This document shows, piece by piece, positions 8,901 to 18,072 of a DNA stretch of 64,000 bases; position 1 is the stretch's first letter; every line of letters begins with the position of its first letter. Made by a program: the position numbers and the translations under genes. This DNA comes from SAR86 cluster bacterium AG-422-E19 (GTDB lineage: Bacteria; Pseudomonadota; Gammaproteobacteria; Magnimaribacterales; AG-339-G14): positions 262,302 to 326,301 of the forward strand of contig QCMR01000001.1 of the NCBI GenBank assembly GCA_003213595.1, given 5' to 3'. The notes below the pieces were generated by a model. The model saw only the letters and a list, made by a program, of their open reading frames with translations, was not told the DNA's origin and did not search any database.

Positions 8901-10328
8901 CTAAGACGAACAAGAAATCTCTAACTTTTTACCCCATTCTGGAGGAGCTTTAGCAAAGTCATCAAATTCAGGGTTTTCTGCATAGGGATTTTTCAGGACT
9001 TCTAATAAGTTTATTAATCTCGTAAAGTCAGATTTTTCTGCATCTTGGATTGCCTCTTGAGCTAAATAATTTCTTAAAATAAATTTTGGATTTGCCTGTG
9101 CCATCATTTTTCCTCTCTTATCGGGAGAGATTTGTTCAAGACTCAAACGACGTTGATAATGTTCATACCAAGCTTTACCTTCCGCATCTTTGAACAGAGA
9201 ATCTGGATCTTTTGTAAAATCCCTAAAGGTAATGGTGTAATCTTTTTTATTTTTCTGCATCCACGAAAGAAAAGCTTCAATTAATTTCAAATCATCTGAT
9301 TGTTCAACCGTCAAACCCAATTTCCTTCTGAAGATTGCAGTAAGTTCATCATAGAAAAAACCTTCATAGGAATTGATAATTTCTTTGGTTCGCTCAATTT
9401 CAATATGATCTTTTAGAGCTGCAGCTAGCGCATGACAGTTCCACAGGCCTATTGAAGGTTGGTTATTGAATGCGTACCGACCGCTGTGATCTGAATGATT
9501 ACAAATAAATCCAGGGTTGTATTCATCTAAAAAACCAAACGGCCCAAAATCAAAAGTTTCCCCCAAGATAGACATGTTATCGGTATTCATTACACCATGA
9601 GCAAAACCAAAAGCTTGCCATTTAGCAATAAGTCCTGCCGTTGAAAAAACTATTTTTTCGAACAAATCGGTATAGCTGTCTTTGGACTCTTTTAAATCAG
9701 GAAAATAATTTTCAATTACATGATCGAGTAAAATCGGGATAAATTCTGATTTTTTATTGTGCATAAGGTATTCAAAATGCCCAAAACGAATATGAGTTTT
9801 TGCGACTCTTACCATCATTGCTCCAAATTCGGTCGTTTCCCTAAAGACCGGTTCATCACTTCCGATCATTATTAAAGACCTTGAACTTGGAATGCCAAGA
9901 TGATGCATTGCCTCGCCACATAAGTATTCTCTGATCGTCGATCTTAAAACTGCGCGACCATCACCAAATCTGGAGTAGGGTGTTTTGCCAGCACCTTTAA
10001 TGTGTAAATCCATCAAGCCGTCTTTGGTTTGTATTTGACCCAACAGAATACCTCTACCATCCCCCAATTGAGGGACCCAAGAACCAAACTGATGTCCGGC
10101 ATAAGCCATGGATAGAGGAGCACTGTGTTTAAAAGCTTTGTTGCCATTAATGTATGGCACCAAATCTTCTGCATTAAGACCTTTTGGAAACCCTAAAAGC
10201 TCTGCCAGCTCTTCATTAAAATGTATCAGTTTTGGATTATCAAAAGGAGTCCAATTTTGCTTATGAAAAAAATCTTCTGGCAAATCGGCAAAAGGGTTTG
10301 AAAATTTAAAGCTTTCTAGTTCCTGCAT
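8901..10328 (-). CDS. selO: Protein adenylyltransferase SelO/YdiU
   Basis: YAGHQFG, QLGDGRG, KGAGKTPYSRFGDGRAVLRS, GVMNTDN, DFGPFGF, C-terminal CSS. Confidence 0.95.
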   Translation of the reverse strand: MQELESFKFSNPFADLPEDFFHKQNWTPFDNPKLIHFNEELAELLGFPKGLNAEDLVPYINGNKAFKHSAPLSMAYAGHQFGSWVPQLGDGRGILLGQIQTKDGLMDLHIKGAGKTPYSRFGDGRAVLRSTIREYLCGEAMHHLGIPSSRSLIMIGSDEPVFRETTEFGAMMVRVAKTHIRFGHFEYLMHNKKSEFIPILLDHVIENYFPDLKESKDSYTDLFEKIVFSTAGLIAKWQAFGFAHGVMNTDNMSILGETFDFGPFGFLDEYNPGFICNHSDHSGRYAFNNQPSIGLWNCHALAAALKDHIEIERTKEIINSYEGFFYDELTAIFRRKLGLTVEQSDDLKLIEAFLSWMQKNKKDYTITFRDFTKDPDSLFKDAEGKAWYEHYQRRLSLEQISPDKRGKMMAQANPKFILRNYLAQEAIQDAEKSDFTRLINLLEVLKNPYAENPEFDDFAKAPPEWGKKLEISCSS

Positions 10329-10360
10329 ATTTACTAATTATATAGGTTAGAATTTATCTG

Positions 10361-11050
10361 ATGCTTAAAGATGAAAAACTAAATTTAGACTTATATCAGA
10401 ACCTCAATTCCAATCAGGCGCCTGAGGATTTTCATCATGTGGCTTTTAAGACCATAAATTATGAAGCCATGGTTGATTTTTATTCCAGACTTTTTGGTTG
10501 CGAGCCTTTATATACCAGCGAAGAATTAACTTTCTTGGCTTTTGATGAAGAGCATCATCGAGTAGCTATTGCCAACACATCTGGTGTTTTTAAAAATCTT
10601 GGATTTATTCCAAAAATCATTATGCGGATTAAAAACTGGATGAATCGTTCGTTACCTTCGATTGTTGGCCTGGATCATATTTCTTACAAATTGAATCCAA
10701 TAGAAAAGTGGTTTGAGTTTTACCACAAAGCCAAAGAGCAAGGACTGGAACCTTATTGGACAATCAATCATGGCTGGATTACCGGCATGTATTACAAAGA
10801 CCCTGATGGCAATTTGGTGGAAATATTTTTTGAACATTGGCGTAACAAAGAAGAATTCAAAACCAACATTTCTCCAGATTTTTCCGATGAACCCATTGGT
10901 ACCAACATGGACATTGATGTGCTTTATGACATGTTTAAAAAAGGCGCATCATTTGAAGAGCTTATTCAAAAAGGCAATACCGTTCCAGAAGGTAAGCATC
11001 CAGTCACAGGTATGGAAGCCGTTATGAATATGCGTAAAAAATACAAATAG
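10361..11050 (+). CDS. VOC-superfamily protein (extradiol dioxygenase/glyoxalase-like)
   Basis: FHHVAF, DEEHHRVAI, GLDHISY, NHG..MYYKDPDGNLVE. Confidence 0.8.
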   Translation: MLKDEKLNLDLYQNLNSNQAPEDFHHVAFKTINYEAMVDFYSRLFGCEPLYTSEELTFLAFDEEHHRVAIANTSGVFKNLGFIPKIIMRIKNWMNRSLPSIVGLDHISYKLNPIEKWFEFYHKAKEQGLEPYWTINHGWITGMYYKDPDGNLVEIFFEHWRNKEEFKTNISPDFSDEPIGTNMDIDVLYDMFKKGASFEELIQKGNTVPEGKHPVTGMEAVMNMRKKYK

Positions 11051-11077
11051 CCAAGGCCTGCAGAGCCTTGGCTATTT
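11045..11077. terminator. Bidirectional intrinsic terminator
   Basis: 13-bp stem AAATAGCCAAGGC/GCCTTGGCTATTT with 7-nt loop between convergent genes. Confidence 0.8.
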
Positions 11078-11088
11078 TGGAATTTTTT

Positions 11089-11808
11089 TTATTCAGCTTC
11101 TAGGAGATATCCGCATTGTTCATGAGAATCTCTTACTACTTCATCGATTAAAGATTGCATTGCTTGAAGCGTAGAACCCCATGGAGCGCTCCCACTGTAG
11201 CCTTTTTCATAGAGCTCGCCGAAGGATTTTCCATCTGGAGCAATAGCTCTAACCATGAGGTTATTTTCATTTACTCCTCCACCCAAGGCAATTAACACTC
11301 CCATTTCAAATTCTTCACCTGCAGCATTGATTTCTGCCTGAAGTTTTTCAGACATCATTAAGAATTTTTCAGTGTTTTCAGGTTTTACAGTAACTCTAGT
11401 AACTCTTTCAAATCCAGGATTTAAAGGAAAGGGAGTTAAAGGTTTCCACACTGCTGTGTAAAGCAATTTACGCATGCTTTTGAGTTGTTTGGATGCCTTG
11501 TAAGGATTATAAGCAAACCCATCGGATAAAGCTTTATCCAAACTTGAGTAAGCATTCCAAATAAACATCTCTCCAGGATAATCATGTCCGGTCATGGTCA
11601 TGCAATATCCAACTGCATCGCCTCCACCAGCTTTTAGAGCCGCAGGATTAGCTTTGAGAAAATCAATGTACTCATAGGGATCCTCAGCCACAACATGAAA
11701 AGTAGAAAATCCACCCTCAGGCAAACCGCCAGATGAATTTCCGTGATCATCTGCGAAAATTACGTTCAATGCAAAAACAGCAGATGTGATGTATACAAAT
11801 AATTTCAT
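11089..11808 (-). CDS. Secreted hypothetical protein (mature N-terminus DDH; two similar halves)
   Basis: Signal peptide ending IFA-DDH, AGGAG RBS, 239 aa; no function recognised. Confidence 0.75.
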   Translation of the reverse strand: MKLFVYITSAVFALNVIFADDHGNSSGGLPEGGFSTFHVVAEDPYEYIDFLKANPAALKAGGGDAVGYCMTMTGHDYPGEMFIWNAYSSLDKALSDGFAYNPYKASKQLKSMRKLLYTAVWKPLTPFPLNPGFERVTRVTVKPENTEKFLMMSEKLQAEINAAGEEFEMGVLIALGGGVNENNLMVRAIAPDGKSFGELYEKGYSGSAPWGSTLQAMQSLIDEVVRDSHEQCGYLLEAE

Positions 11809-11886
11809 TATTTCTCCTAATATATTTGTTGAAAATAAATTCTATATAGTTTGAAATCATCTATCATTAATTTTTTAGGAGAAAAC

Positions 11887-12309
11887 ATGAAAAAAATTAG
11901 TTTAATTTTATTTGCTACCTTGTTGTCTTGTAGCTTGTTCGGCTTAAAAGTCACTGCCGATGAGAAATTTACTTTATCTGGAAAAGTAACTTCTATCTCT
12001 TTGACTGACCAAGGCGGGGTGATCAACGTATCTAGCAAGGCCGGAAGATATGGCAAAGTCTTTTTGACTTACAACCTAAAGATAGATAATCCAAATTACA
12101 TATCGCAAGGATCTTTTATTGGTCGAGGTGTTGGTATTGATGATGACGGCAATCGAAATTCAGGTTCTCGTCAGGGAGTTTGGAAAAGAGAAGGCAATAT
12201 CATTACCTTTCATTCTTTAGATGACGTTACTGATGGTAATCGAAATTTCTGTATTTCAAAGTTGAATCTAACGGAAGAAACTTTGGAGATGACTTTTTAT
12301 CCATTTTAA
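11887..12309 (+). CDS. Secreted beta-rich hypothetical protein
   Basis: Start moved to ATG 11887 (AGGAG RBS, MKKISLILFA signal peptide). Confidence 0.7.
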   Translation: MKKISLILFATLLSCSLFGLKVTADEKFTLSGKVTSISLTDQGGVINVSSKAGRYGKVFLTYNLKIDNPNYISQGSFIGRGVGIDDDGNRNSGSRQGVWKREGNIITFHSLDDVTDGNRNFCISKLNLTEETLEMTFYPF

Positions 12310-12310
12310 T

Positions 12311-12346
12311 TTTTTTGAGGGGAAGGGATACTTTCCCTCTTAAAAA
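12311..12346. terminator. Probable bidirectional terminator
   Basis: T-tract-GAGGGGAA...TTTCCCTC-A-tract between convergent genes. Confidence 0.5.
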
Positions 12347-13359
12347 ATCTTTTTGAAATCGTCGCAAATTCTTTTTAAAGCATAGTCGACCCCATCGACT
12401 AGCATCATATTCACAAACCCATGAATGTAACTGTCGTGGGTTCGATGATAAATCTCGACATTGGCTTGTCTTAGAGCTTGCGCGTACTGATCGCCTTCAT
12501 CTCTCAAAGGATCAAACCCTGCCGTAACAACCACAGCCGGCGGATGACCTGAAAGATCATCTGCAAACAAAGGTGAAACCAATGGATCTTTTACCAACTC
12601 TTTATCTTCTAAGTAATTGTCTCGAAAATATTCCATAGAGGCTTTGGTAAGATAAAAGCCTTCCGCCATTTCATCCATGGAAGGGTGTTTCAAAGTAAGA
12701 TCAGTGGCAGGATAAATTAGCAGTTGAGCTTTTGGCATTGAGAGCTCCTCTTGTTTGCGTTTAATACATAAGGAAGCAGACAAATTTCCACCAGCACTAT
12801 CACCGCCTACTGATACTCGATTTGGGTTTATACCCAAATCCAAAGCATTATCTTTAACCCAATTGAAAGCTGCCTCACAATCTGCTAACGGTATGGGGAA
12901 AGGATGCTCTGGTGCTAAACGATAATCCACTGAAAAAATTTTAGCATTCAGCTCTTTTGCCAGAAATCCAGTGAAAGCCTCATGAGTTTCAATGCTACCA
13001 ATGACCCAACCGCCACCGTGAAAGTAAACTACTGCAGGATAAATGTTTCCAATAGATTCCGGCGAATATTCTCTAACTCTTATCTCTGCACCGTTCGACT
13101 TAACGATGTGATCAGTAGTTCTAATCCCTGAGGGTATTGGCAAAGAAACCAGACCTCTGCCTTCTTCAAAATCTTTTCTTAATTCTGCACCTGGTTTGGT
13201 GGTATCTAGCTTGACTCCCATGTTATCCATAAGCTTAAGCAAATATTGAAAACCAGGGTCCAACTTCCGATAGCCTTTTTCAATCTGCTCTTTACCTGAC
13301 CATCTGATCAGGAAGCTTGCAGGTAATTTAAATAAAAGTTTGGTTAGAAAAGTACGCAT
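12340..13359 (-). CDS. Alpha/beta hydrolase, HSL-family esterase/lipase
   Basis: HGGG oxyanion motif, GDSAGG nucleophile, FDPLRDEG Asp, HGF His; ATG 13359 preferred over TTG 13368. Confidence 0.9.
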   Translation of the reverse strand: MRTFLTKLLFKLPASFLIRWSGKEQIEKGYRKLDPGFQYLLKLMDNMGVKLDTTKPGAELRKDFEEGRGLVSLPIPSGIRTTDHIVKSNGAEIRVREYSPESIGNIYPAVVYFHGGGWVIGSIETHEAFTGFLAKELNAKIFSVDYRLAPEHPFPIPLADCEAAFNWVKDNALDLGINPNRVSVGGDSAGGNLSASLCIKRKQEELSMPKAQLLIYPATDLTLKHPSMDEMAEGFYLTKASMEYFRDNYLEDKELVKDPLVSPLFADDLSGHPPAVVVTAGFDPLRDEGDQYAQALRQANVEIYHRTHDSYIHGFVNMMLVDGVDYALKRICDDFKKIF

Positions 13360-13372
13360 TGGAAGCAACAGT

Positions 13373-13834
13373 TTAATTCATTTTTTGTTTCCGCCACACC
13401 CAAGGCGCAATTGGATCTTTGGCTCGCCACAAGCCTAAATTTTCTGCTTTAGCTTGATCTTGATACTTATATAAAGAGGAATTTTTTGCGTACTCATCAT
13501 AAACCCAGGCAAAACCAAACTTAACCATCAACATATTCACGTTCAATTCATTAGAAAATAAGTTACCAAGAACTCTTCCATAGCGATCTTCTCCTTGAGC
13601 AATGAGCGTCACATTTTTTTCATAAAGCAATCTGTTTAAAAAATTTTTCGATTGCGCACCAAAGGGCTGATTCATTTCTGGGGCATCAATTTCTACCAAA
13701 CGAATTTTTATTTCCTTCCCTTTGGCTTCCGCTCGAATGGTATCGCCATCGACCACTCGAATATTCTCTAAAGGAGTGTAAGAAATTAAGAAGGCTGCAT
13801 TAATGCCCAACAATAATAAAAAAATAAACTTCAT
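13373..13834 (-). CDS. Thermonuclease (SNase) family protein
   Basis: VVDGDT, IRLVEIDAPE, DRYGR, G.AW, GLW...P.APW; hydrophobic N-terminus. Confidence 0.9.
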   Translation of the reverse strand: MKFIFLLLLGINAAFLISYTPLENIRVVDGDTIRAEAKGKEIKIRLVEIDAPEMNQPFGAQSKNFLNRLLYEKNVTLIAQGEDRYGRVLGNLFSNELNVNMLMVKFGFAWVYDEYAKNSSLYKYQDQAKAENLGLWRAKDPIAPWVWRKQKMN

Positions 13835-13844
13835 GCTGTAAAAG

Positions 13845-14732
13845 TTAATCGTCTTTGAGATCAGCAGCGCCTTTGTTCAATTCTCTTCCCAAAACATTTA
13901 TCCTGGTTTGCATAGAAGAAACTTCTTTGATTGAAGCCTCCAACCTCTTGGTAACAGCTTCGGTACTTTTATCAAAACTATCAAACTGAGTTTTTATTCT
14001 TCTCACTACTTCAGCAACTTTTTCTGCTGTTTCATTAAGTTGCAGATAATGATGCCCAATTCTGATGGTATCGAGAAAAGCAGCCAAAGTATTTGGACCT
14101 TGAATAAGCACTTTTTTTTCTGCTAAACAATCTTGTCTTAGATTTTCAATATCGTCGACAAGATCAATTAGTTTTTCAGAGGCAATATATAGAACGGCAT
14201 AATTGGAGGTTGTGTTTTGTCTGATATATTTCGATGCGATGTCGTCAGCATCTCTCAAAATGGCGGTTCTTAAGTCTCGCAAAACATTGCCACGCTCATT
14301 GTCACGACTGGCTTCTTGATATTGCTTGTACTGTCCAGCATAAAATTTCGAATCAATGGGTATCGTTAAGCCGTCCGCAGTTTTGACAGCGCAATCTACG
14401 CGGTCTTGAGTTTCTTTATTAATTTGAGCTTGAAAGTTGTAGCTACCATTTGGCAATATTTCTTTGACGATCGATTCTAGATTCCACTCTCCCAATCTAC
14501 CGGTAGTGACGTTTCCACCCAAAAATCTATTGAGCTCGTTAATTGGCGTCGTTACTGAAGCCAACTGATTTTCAATTTCATTGAGATCTTTGGAGACTGA
14601 GTCGATTTTATTTTCTAAGTTTTCTGACTTACCAGATTCGATAGTTTTTTGATCTCTTAGTTTTAAAAAAATGTAGACGACGATTGCAAGCGTGCAGATG
14701 GATAAAATTAAAGTCAGGATGGATAAGTCCAT
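13845..14732 (-). CDS. rmuC: DNA recombination protein RmuC family
   Basis: N-terminal TM helix, coiled coil, G.LGEW.LE, VDC, IPIDSKF nuclease-like motif. Confidence 0.85.
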   Translation of the reverse strand: MDLSILTLILSICTLAIVVYIFLKLRDQKTIESGKSENLENKIDSVSKDLNEIENQLASVTTPINELNRFLGGNVTTGRLGEWNLESIVKEILPNGSYNFQAQINKETQDRVDCAVKTADGLTIPIDSKFYAGQYKQYQEASRDNERGNVLRDLRTAILRDADDIASKYIRQNTTSNYAVLYIASEKLIDLVDDIENLRQDCLAEKKVLIQGPNTLAAFLDTIRIGHHYLQLNETAEKVAEVVRRIKTQFDSFDKSTEAVTKRLEASIKEVSSMQTRINVLGRELNKGAADLKDD

Positions 14733-15217
14733 TAGAACTGTGCTTTGAATTGTCTAATTGAGACCAAAAAGATTAAAGAACAACAAATTAAAACCCAACC
14801 TGGGATGGAAATTCCCAAAAGACTCCACATGACTTCAGCGCAATTGCCATCACCAATGAAAAGTTGAATCAATGCATCTGAAATGAAGTCGTTCTCTAAA
14901 AGATAATTTAAATCAGGCCCGCAGGATGGAACTCTATCTGGGGGTAAAGACTGCAGATACAAATGCCTCACCGCGGAAGCACCTCCCACTAGACTAAAAA
15001 AACCTGTTAAGGCTAAGTAAAATTTTCCTAAATTGTTGTGCAGTATGCCAATTAGAGCTGCAGCTCCAGCTAGAGCAACAGCTATTCTTTGCACGATGCA
15101 CATGGGACAGGGTTCGAGCCCAAGTTGGTATTCCATGTAAAATGCAGTGGCAATTAAACCGATGCAAGCAAGCAAAATTAAAGTTAAAACAACACGCGTT
15201 TCTTGCAGCAAATTCAT
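14732..15217 (-). CDS. dsbB: Disulfide bond formation protein B
   Basis: EPCPMCIVQR, second Cys pair SCG...NC, four TM segments. Confidence 0.93.
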   Translation of the reverse strand: MNLLQETRVVLTLILLACIGLIATAFYMEYQLGLEPCPMCIVQRIAVALAGAAALIGILHNNLGKFYLALTGFFSLVGGASAVRHLYLQSLPPDRVPSCGPDLNYLLENDFISDALIQLFIGDGNCAEVMWSLLGISIPGWVLICCSLIFLVSIRQFKAQF

Positions 15218-15252
15218 GGTATAAGTATAACGAAATTTAGGTAAAAAATTTT

Positions 15253-17958
15253 ATGGCAAAACCAGAAAGCACCGCAGATAACGACTCCGTCATTCTCATC
15301 GATGGGTCTTCTTATGTATACCGTGCTTACCATGCTTTGCCGCCTTTAACGACTTCCTCTGGTCAGCCAACTGGCGCAGTAAGAGGGGTGACTACTATGG
15401 TGATGCGAATTTTAGAAGACCATCCAAATTCACCCATTGGGATGATCTTCGATGCCAAAGGCGATACTTTTCGCCACGACATGTACAAAGAATACAAAGC
15501 CAATCGACCGCCGATGCCAGACGATTTGCGTCCGCAAATTCAACCCATTTACGACATTGTTGAGGCCTTGGGTATTAAGATTTTTGTAGTTGATAATGTT
15601 GAGGCCGATGATGTGATTGGCACGCTTGCCAAGCAAGCAGAAGAAAAAGGAATTTCGACGGTGATTTCCACTGGCGATAAAGATTTGGCACAACTCGTAA
15701 CCAAAAATATCAAGTTGGTAAATACCATGACCAATGAAGTACTGGACCAAAAAGGGGTGGAGAAAAAGTTTGGCGTAACGCCAGAACAAATCATTGATTA
15801 CTTGGCACTTGTCGGAGATACTTCGGATAACATTCCAGGGGTAAATAAAGTCGGTCCCAAAACTGCCGTGAACTGGTTAAGCAAATATGGAACAGTTGAA
15901 TCCATCATTGAAAAAGCTGAAGAAATTACCGGTAAGGTTGGCGAATACTTACGCGAAGGCATTGAGCAACTCAAACTCTCGCAACAATTAACTACTATTA
16001 AAAAAGATGTCGCGTTGGATTTCGGGATTGAGGACCTGGCAGTAGGAGAAACCGATCAAGCTAAATTGCACCAGTTATTTACCGAACTAGAATTTAAGAC
16101 TTTATTAAAAAATGCCGAAACAAAAAAATCTCCAGCAACAAGCTCGAACGGCTCTGATTCAAAAGACAATTACCGCGCCATTCTAAGTAAAAAAGATTTG
16201 GATGGTCTCATAAAGGAATTGAAAAAAGCCAAAGTTTTGGCTTTTGATACCGAAACGGATTCGTTGGATTTTACTCAAGCCAATTTGGTGGGTTTATCAG
16301 TTGCAACAGACGAAGACAATGCATACTACATTCCAGTAGGTCACGATTACGAGGGTGCGCCCAGGCAACTCGATCGAGACGAGGTTTTAAAAAAACTCAA
16401 ACCGATCATTGAGAAGACTCCTTTGATCGGTCAACACTTAAAATTCGATCGCAATGTTTTGGCAAATTATGACATTCATTTGAATGCCATCGAAAACGAC
16501 ACCATGTTGATGTCTTACGTCTACGATCCAACTGCAACCCGTCATAATTTGGATGCCATGGCGAGTCATTATTTAAATGTCACAACCACAACTTTTGAAG
16601 ATGTTGCTGGTAAGGGTGTAAAACAACTTACTTTCAATCAGATACCTTTGAAAAAAGCGAGTGACTATGCAGCAGAAGATGCAGATATCACTTTCCGTTG
16701 CTATTCCCATTTAAAACCGGCTTTAGCAAAGACACCCTCTTTGGAAAAAGTTTTGCATGAAATTGAATTACCCTTGGTACCGGTGCTCTCCGATATGGAA
16801 CAAGCCGGGACTTTAGTAAATGAAGAAGCATTAAAAATTCAATCCAATAATTTAGGACAACGTATCAGCGGGCTTGAAGAACAAGCTTACCGGGAAGCAG
16901 GAAAAGAATTCAACTTGGCTTCCACCAAAGATTTAAGAGCAATTTTCTTCGATGAAATGGAACTCCCGGTCGTGAAAAAAACCCCTGGCGGTCAACCTTC
17001 TACCGATGAGTCGGTTTTACAAGAATTAGCCAATCATTATGAATTACCAAAAATTCTCTTGGAACATCGCACTTTGGCAAAATTGAAAAGTACGTATACC
17101 GATAGTCTGCCGCAACAAATATCGAAAAAGACGGGTCGCGTGCATACTTCTTTTCATCAAGCTGTGACTTCAACTGGGAGATTGTCTTCTGCTGATCCCA
17201 ATTTACAAAATATCCCAATCAAAACTGATGAGGGTAGGCTTATAAGAACTGCTTTTGTTGCGCCCAAGGGCTATCAATTGCTAGCAGTCGACTATTCGCA
17301 AATTGAATTACGCATCATGGCGCATCTTTCTGAAGATAAAGGTCTGATTACCGCATTCGAAAATGGTGAAGACATTCATTCTGTTACAGCGGCAGAGGTC
17401 TTTGCTGAACCCGGTGAAGAGGTCACTGCAGAACAACGTCGTGGAGCTAAGGCGATCAACTTCGGTTTAATTTATGGCATGTCGGCCTTTGGTCTGAGTA
17501 AAGCTTTGAATATTTCTAGGCCTTTAGCTGCTGATTATATCGATTCGTATTTTCACAAATACCCTGGCGTTAAATTGTATATGGAACGCACCAAGGAGCT
17601 TGCTAAAGAGAAAGGTTATGTTGAAACCTTCTTTGGCAGAAGACTTTATTTACCTGGAATTCACAGCGGACGCAGTCGAATGGCAGCTGAGCGAGCAGCA
17701 ATCAATGCGCCCATGCAAGGAACTGCTGCTGACATTATGAAAATTGCGATGATTGAAATTCATGAGTGGCTGGCCAAAGGCAAGGTTAATGCTCGGATGA
17801 TCATGCAAGTTCACGATGAAGTGATTTTAGAGGTCAAAGAACAAGATGCTTCAAAAGTCGAACAAGAAGTTGCAAAAATCATGCAAGATGCAGCGAAATT
17901 GAGAGTACCTTTGGAAGTTGAAAGCGGCTTAGCTTCCAATTGGGGCGAAGCCCACTAG
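15253..17958 (+). CDS. polA: DNA polymerase I
   Basis: 5'-3' exo (LIDGSSY, EADD), 3'-5' exo (FDTET), polymerase motifs DYSQIELR, KAINFGLIYG, QVHDE. Confidence 0.99.
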   Translation: MAKPESTADNDSVILIDGSSYVYRAYHALPPLTTSSGQPTGAVRGVTTMVMRILEDHPNSPIGMIFDAKGDTFRHDMYKEYKANRPPMPDDLRPQIQPIYDIVEALGIKIFVVDNVEADDVIGTLAKQAEEKGISTVISTGDKDLAQLVTKNIKLVNTMTNEVLDQKGVEKKFGVTPEQIIDYLALVGDTSDNIPGVNKVGPKTAVNWLSKYGTVESIIEKAEEITGKVGEYLREGIEQLKLSQQLTTIKKDVALDFGIEDLAVGETDQAKLHQLFTELEFKTLLKNAETKKSPATSSNGSDSKDNYRAILSKKDLDGLIKELKKAKVLAFDTETDSLDFTQANLVGLSVATDEDNAYYIPVGHDYEGAPRQLDRDEVLKKLKPIIEKTPLIGQHLKFDRNVLANYDIHLNAIENDTMLMSYVYDPTATRHNLDAMASHYLNVTTTTFEDVAGKGVKQLTFNQIPLKKASDYAAEDADITFRCYSHLKPALAKTPSLEKVLHEIELPLVPVLSDMEQAGTLVNEEALKIQSNNLGQRISGLEEQAYREAGKEFNLASTKDLRAIFFDEMELPVVKKTPGGQPSTDESVLQELANHYELPKILLEHRTLAKLKSTYTDSLPQQISKKTGRVHTSFHQAVTSTGRLSSADPNLQNIPIKTDEGRLIRTAFVAPKGYQLLAVDYSQIELRIMAHLSEDKGLITAFENGEDIHSVTAAEVFAEPGEEVTAEQRRGAKAINFGLIYGMSAFGLSKALNISRPLAADYIDSYFHKYPGVKLYMERTKELAKEKGYVETFFGRRLYLPGIHSGRSRMAAERAAINAPMQGTAADIMKIAMIEIHEWLAKGKVNARMIMQVHDEVILEVKEQDASKVEQEVAKIMQDAAKLRVPLEVESGLASNWGEAH

Positions 17959-18044
17959 GTTAAGAACTTTTTCAAAAATCCTAAGTCTAAAAAACGTTCT
18001 CCTAAAAAATAAGGAAATACATAATCCTTGTGGCCCGTCAGCAT
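17955..18044 (-). CDS. Candidate 29-aa small protein (MLTGHKDYVFPYFLGERFLDLGFLKKFLT)
   Basis: Open frame spanning the polA-engB gap; AGGGGAGAGAG directly before ATG; stop overlaps polA stop. Confidence 0.35.
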   Translation of the reverse strand: MLTGHKDYVFPYFLGERFLDLGFLKKFLT

Positions 18045-18071
18045 CTCTCTCCCCTGAAAATTGCTGACGGG
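18034..18071. other. 10-bp GC-rich hairpin with 18-nt loop, immediately after engB stop
   Basis: CCCGTCAGCA/TGCTGACGGG perfect inverted repeat; loop TCTCTCTCCCCTGAAAAT. Confidence 0.75.
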
Positions 18072-18072
18072 T

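Noticed and set aside
8901-8912. Possible selenocysteine at the SelO C-terminus
   Set aside because: The codon is TGT (Cys) in CSS-stop; no in-frame TGA or SECIS evidence
12320-12327. KOPS-like GGGAAGGG
   Set aside because: Single occurrence inside a terminator stem; no evidence of polarity
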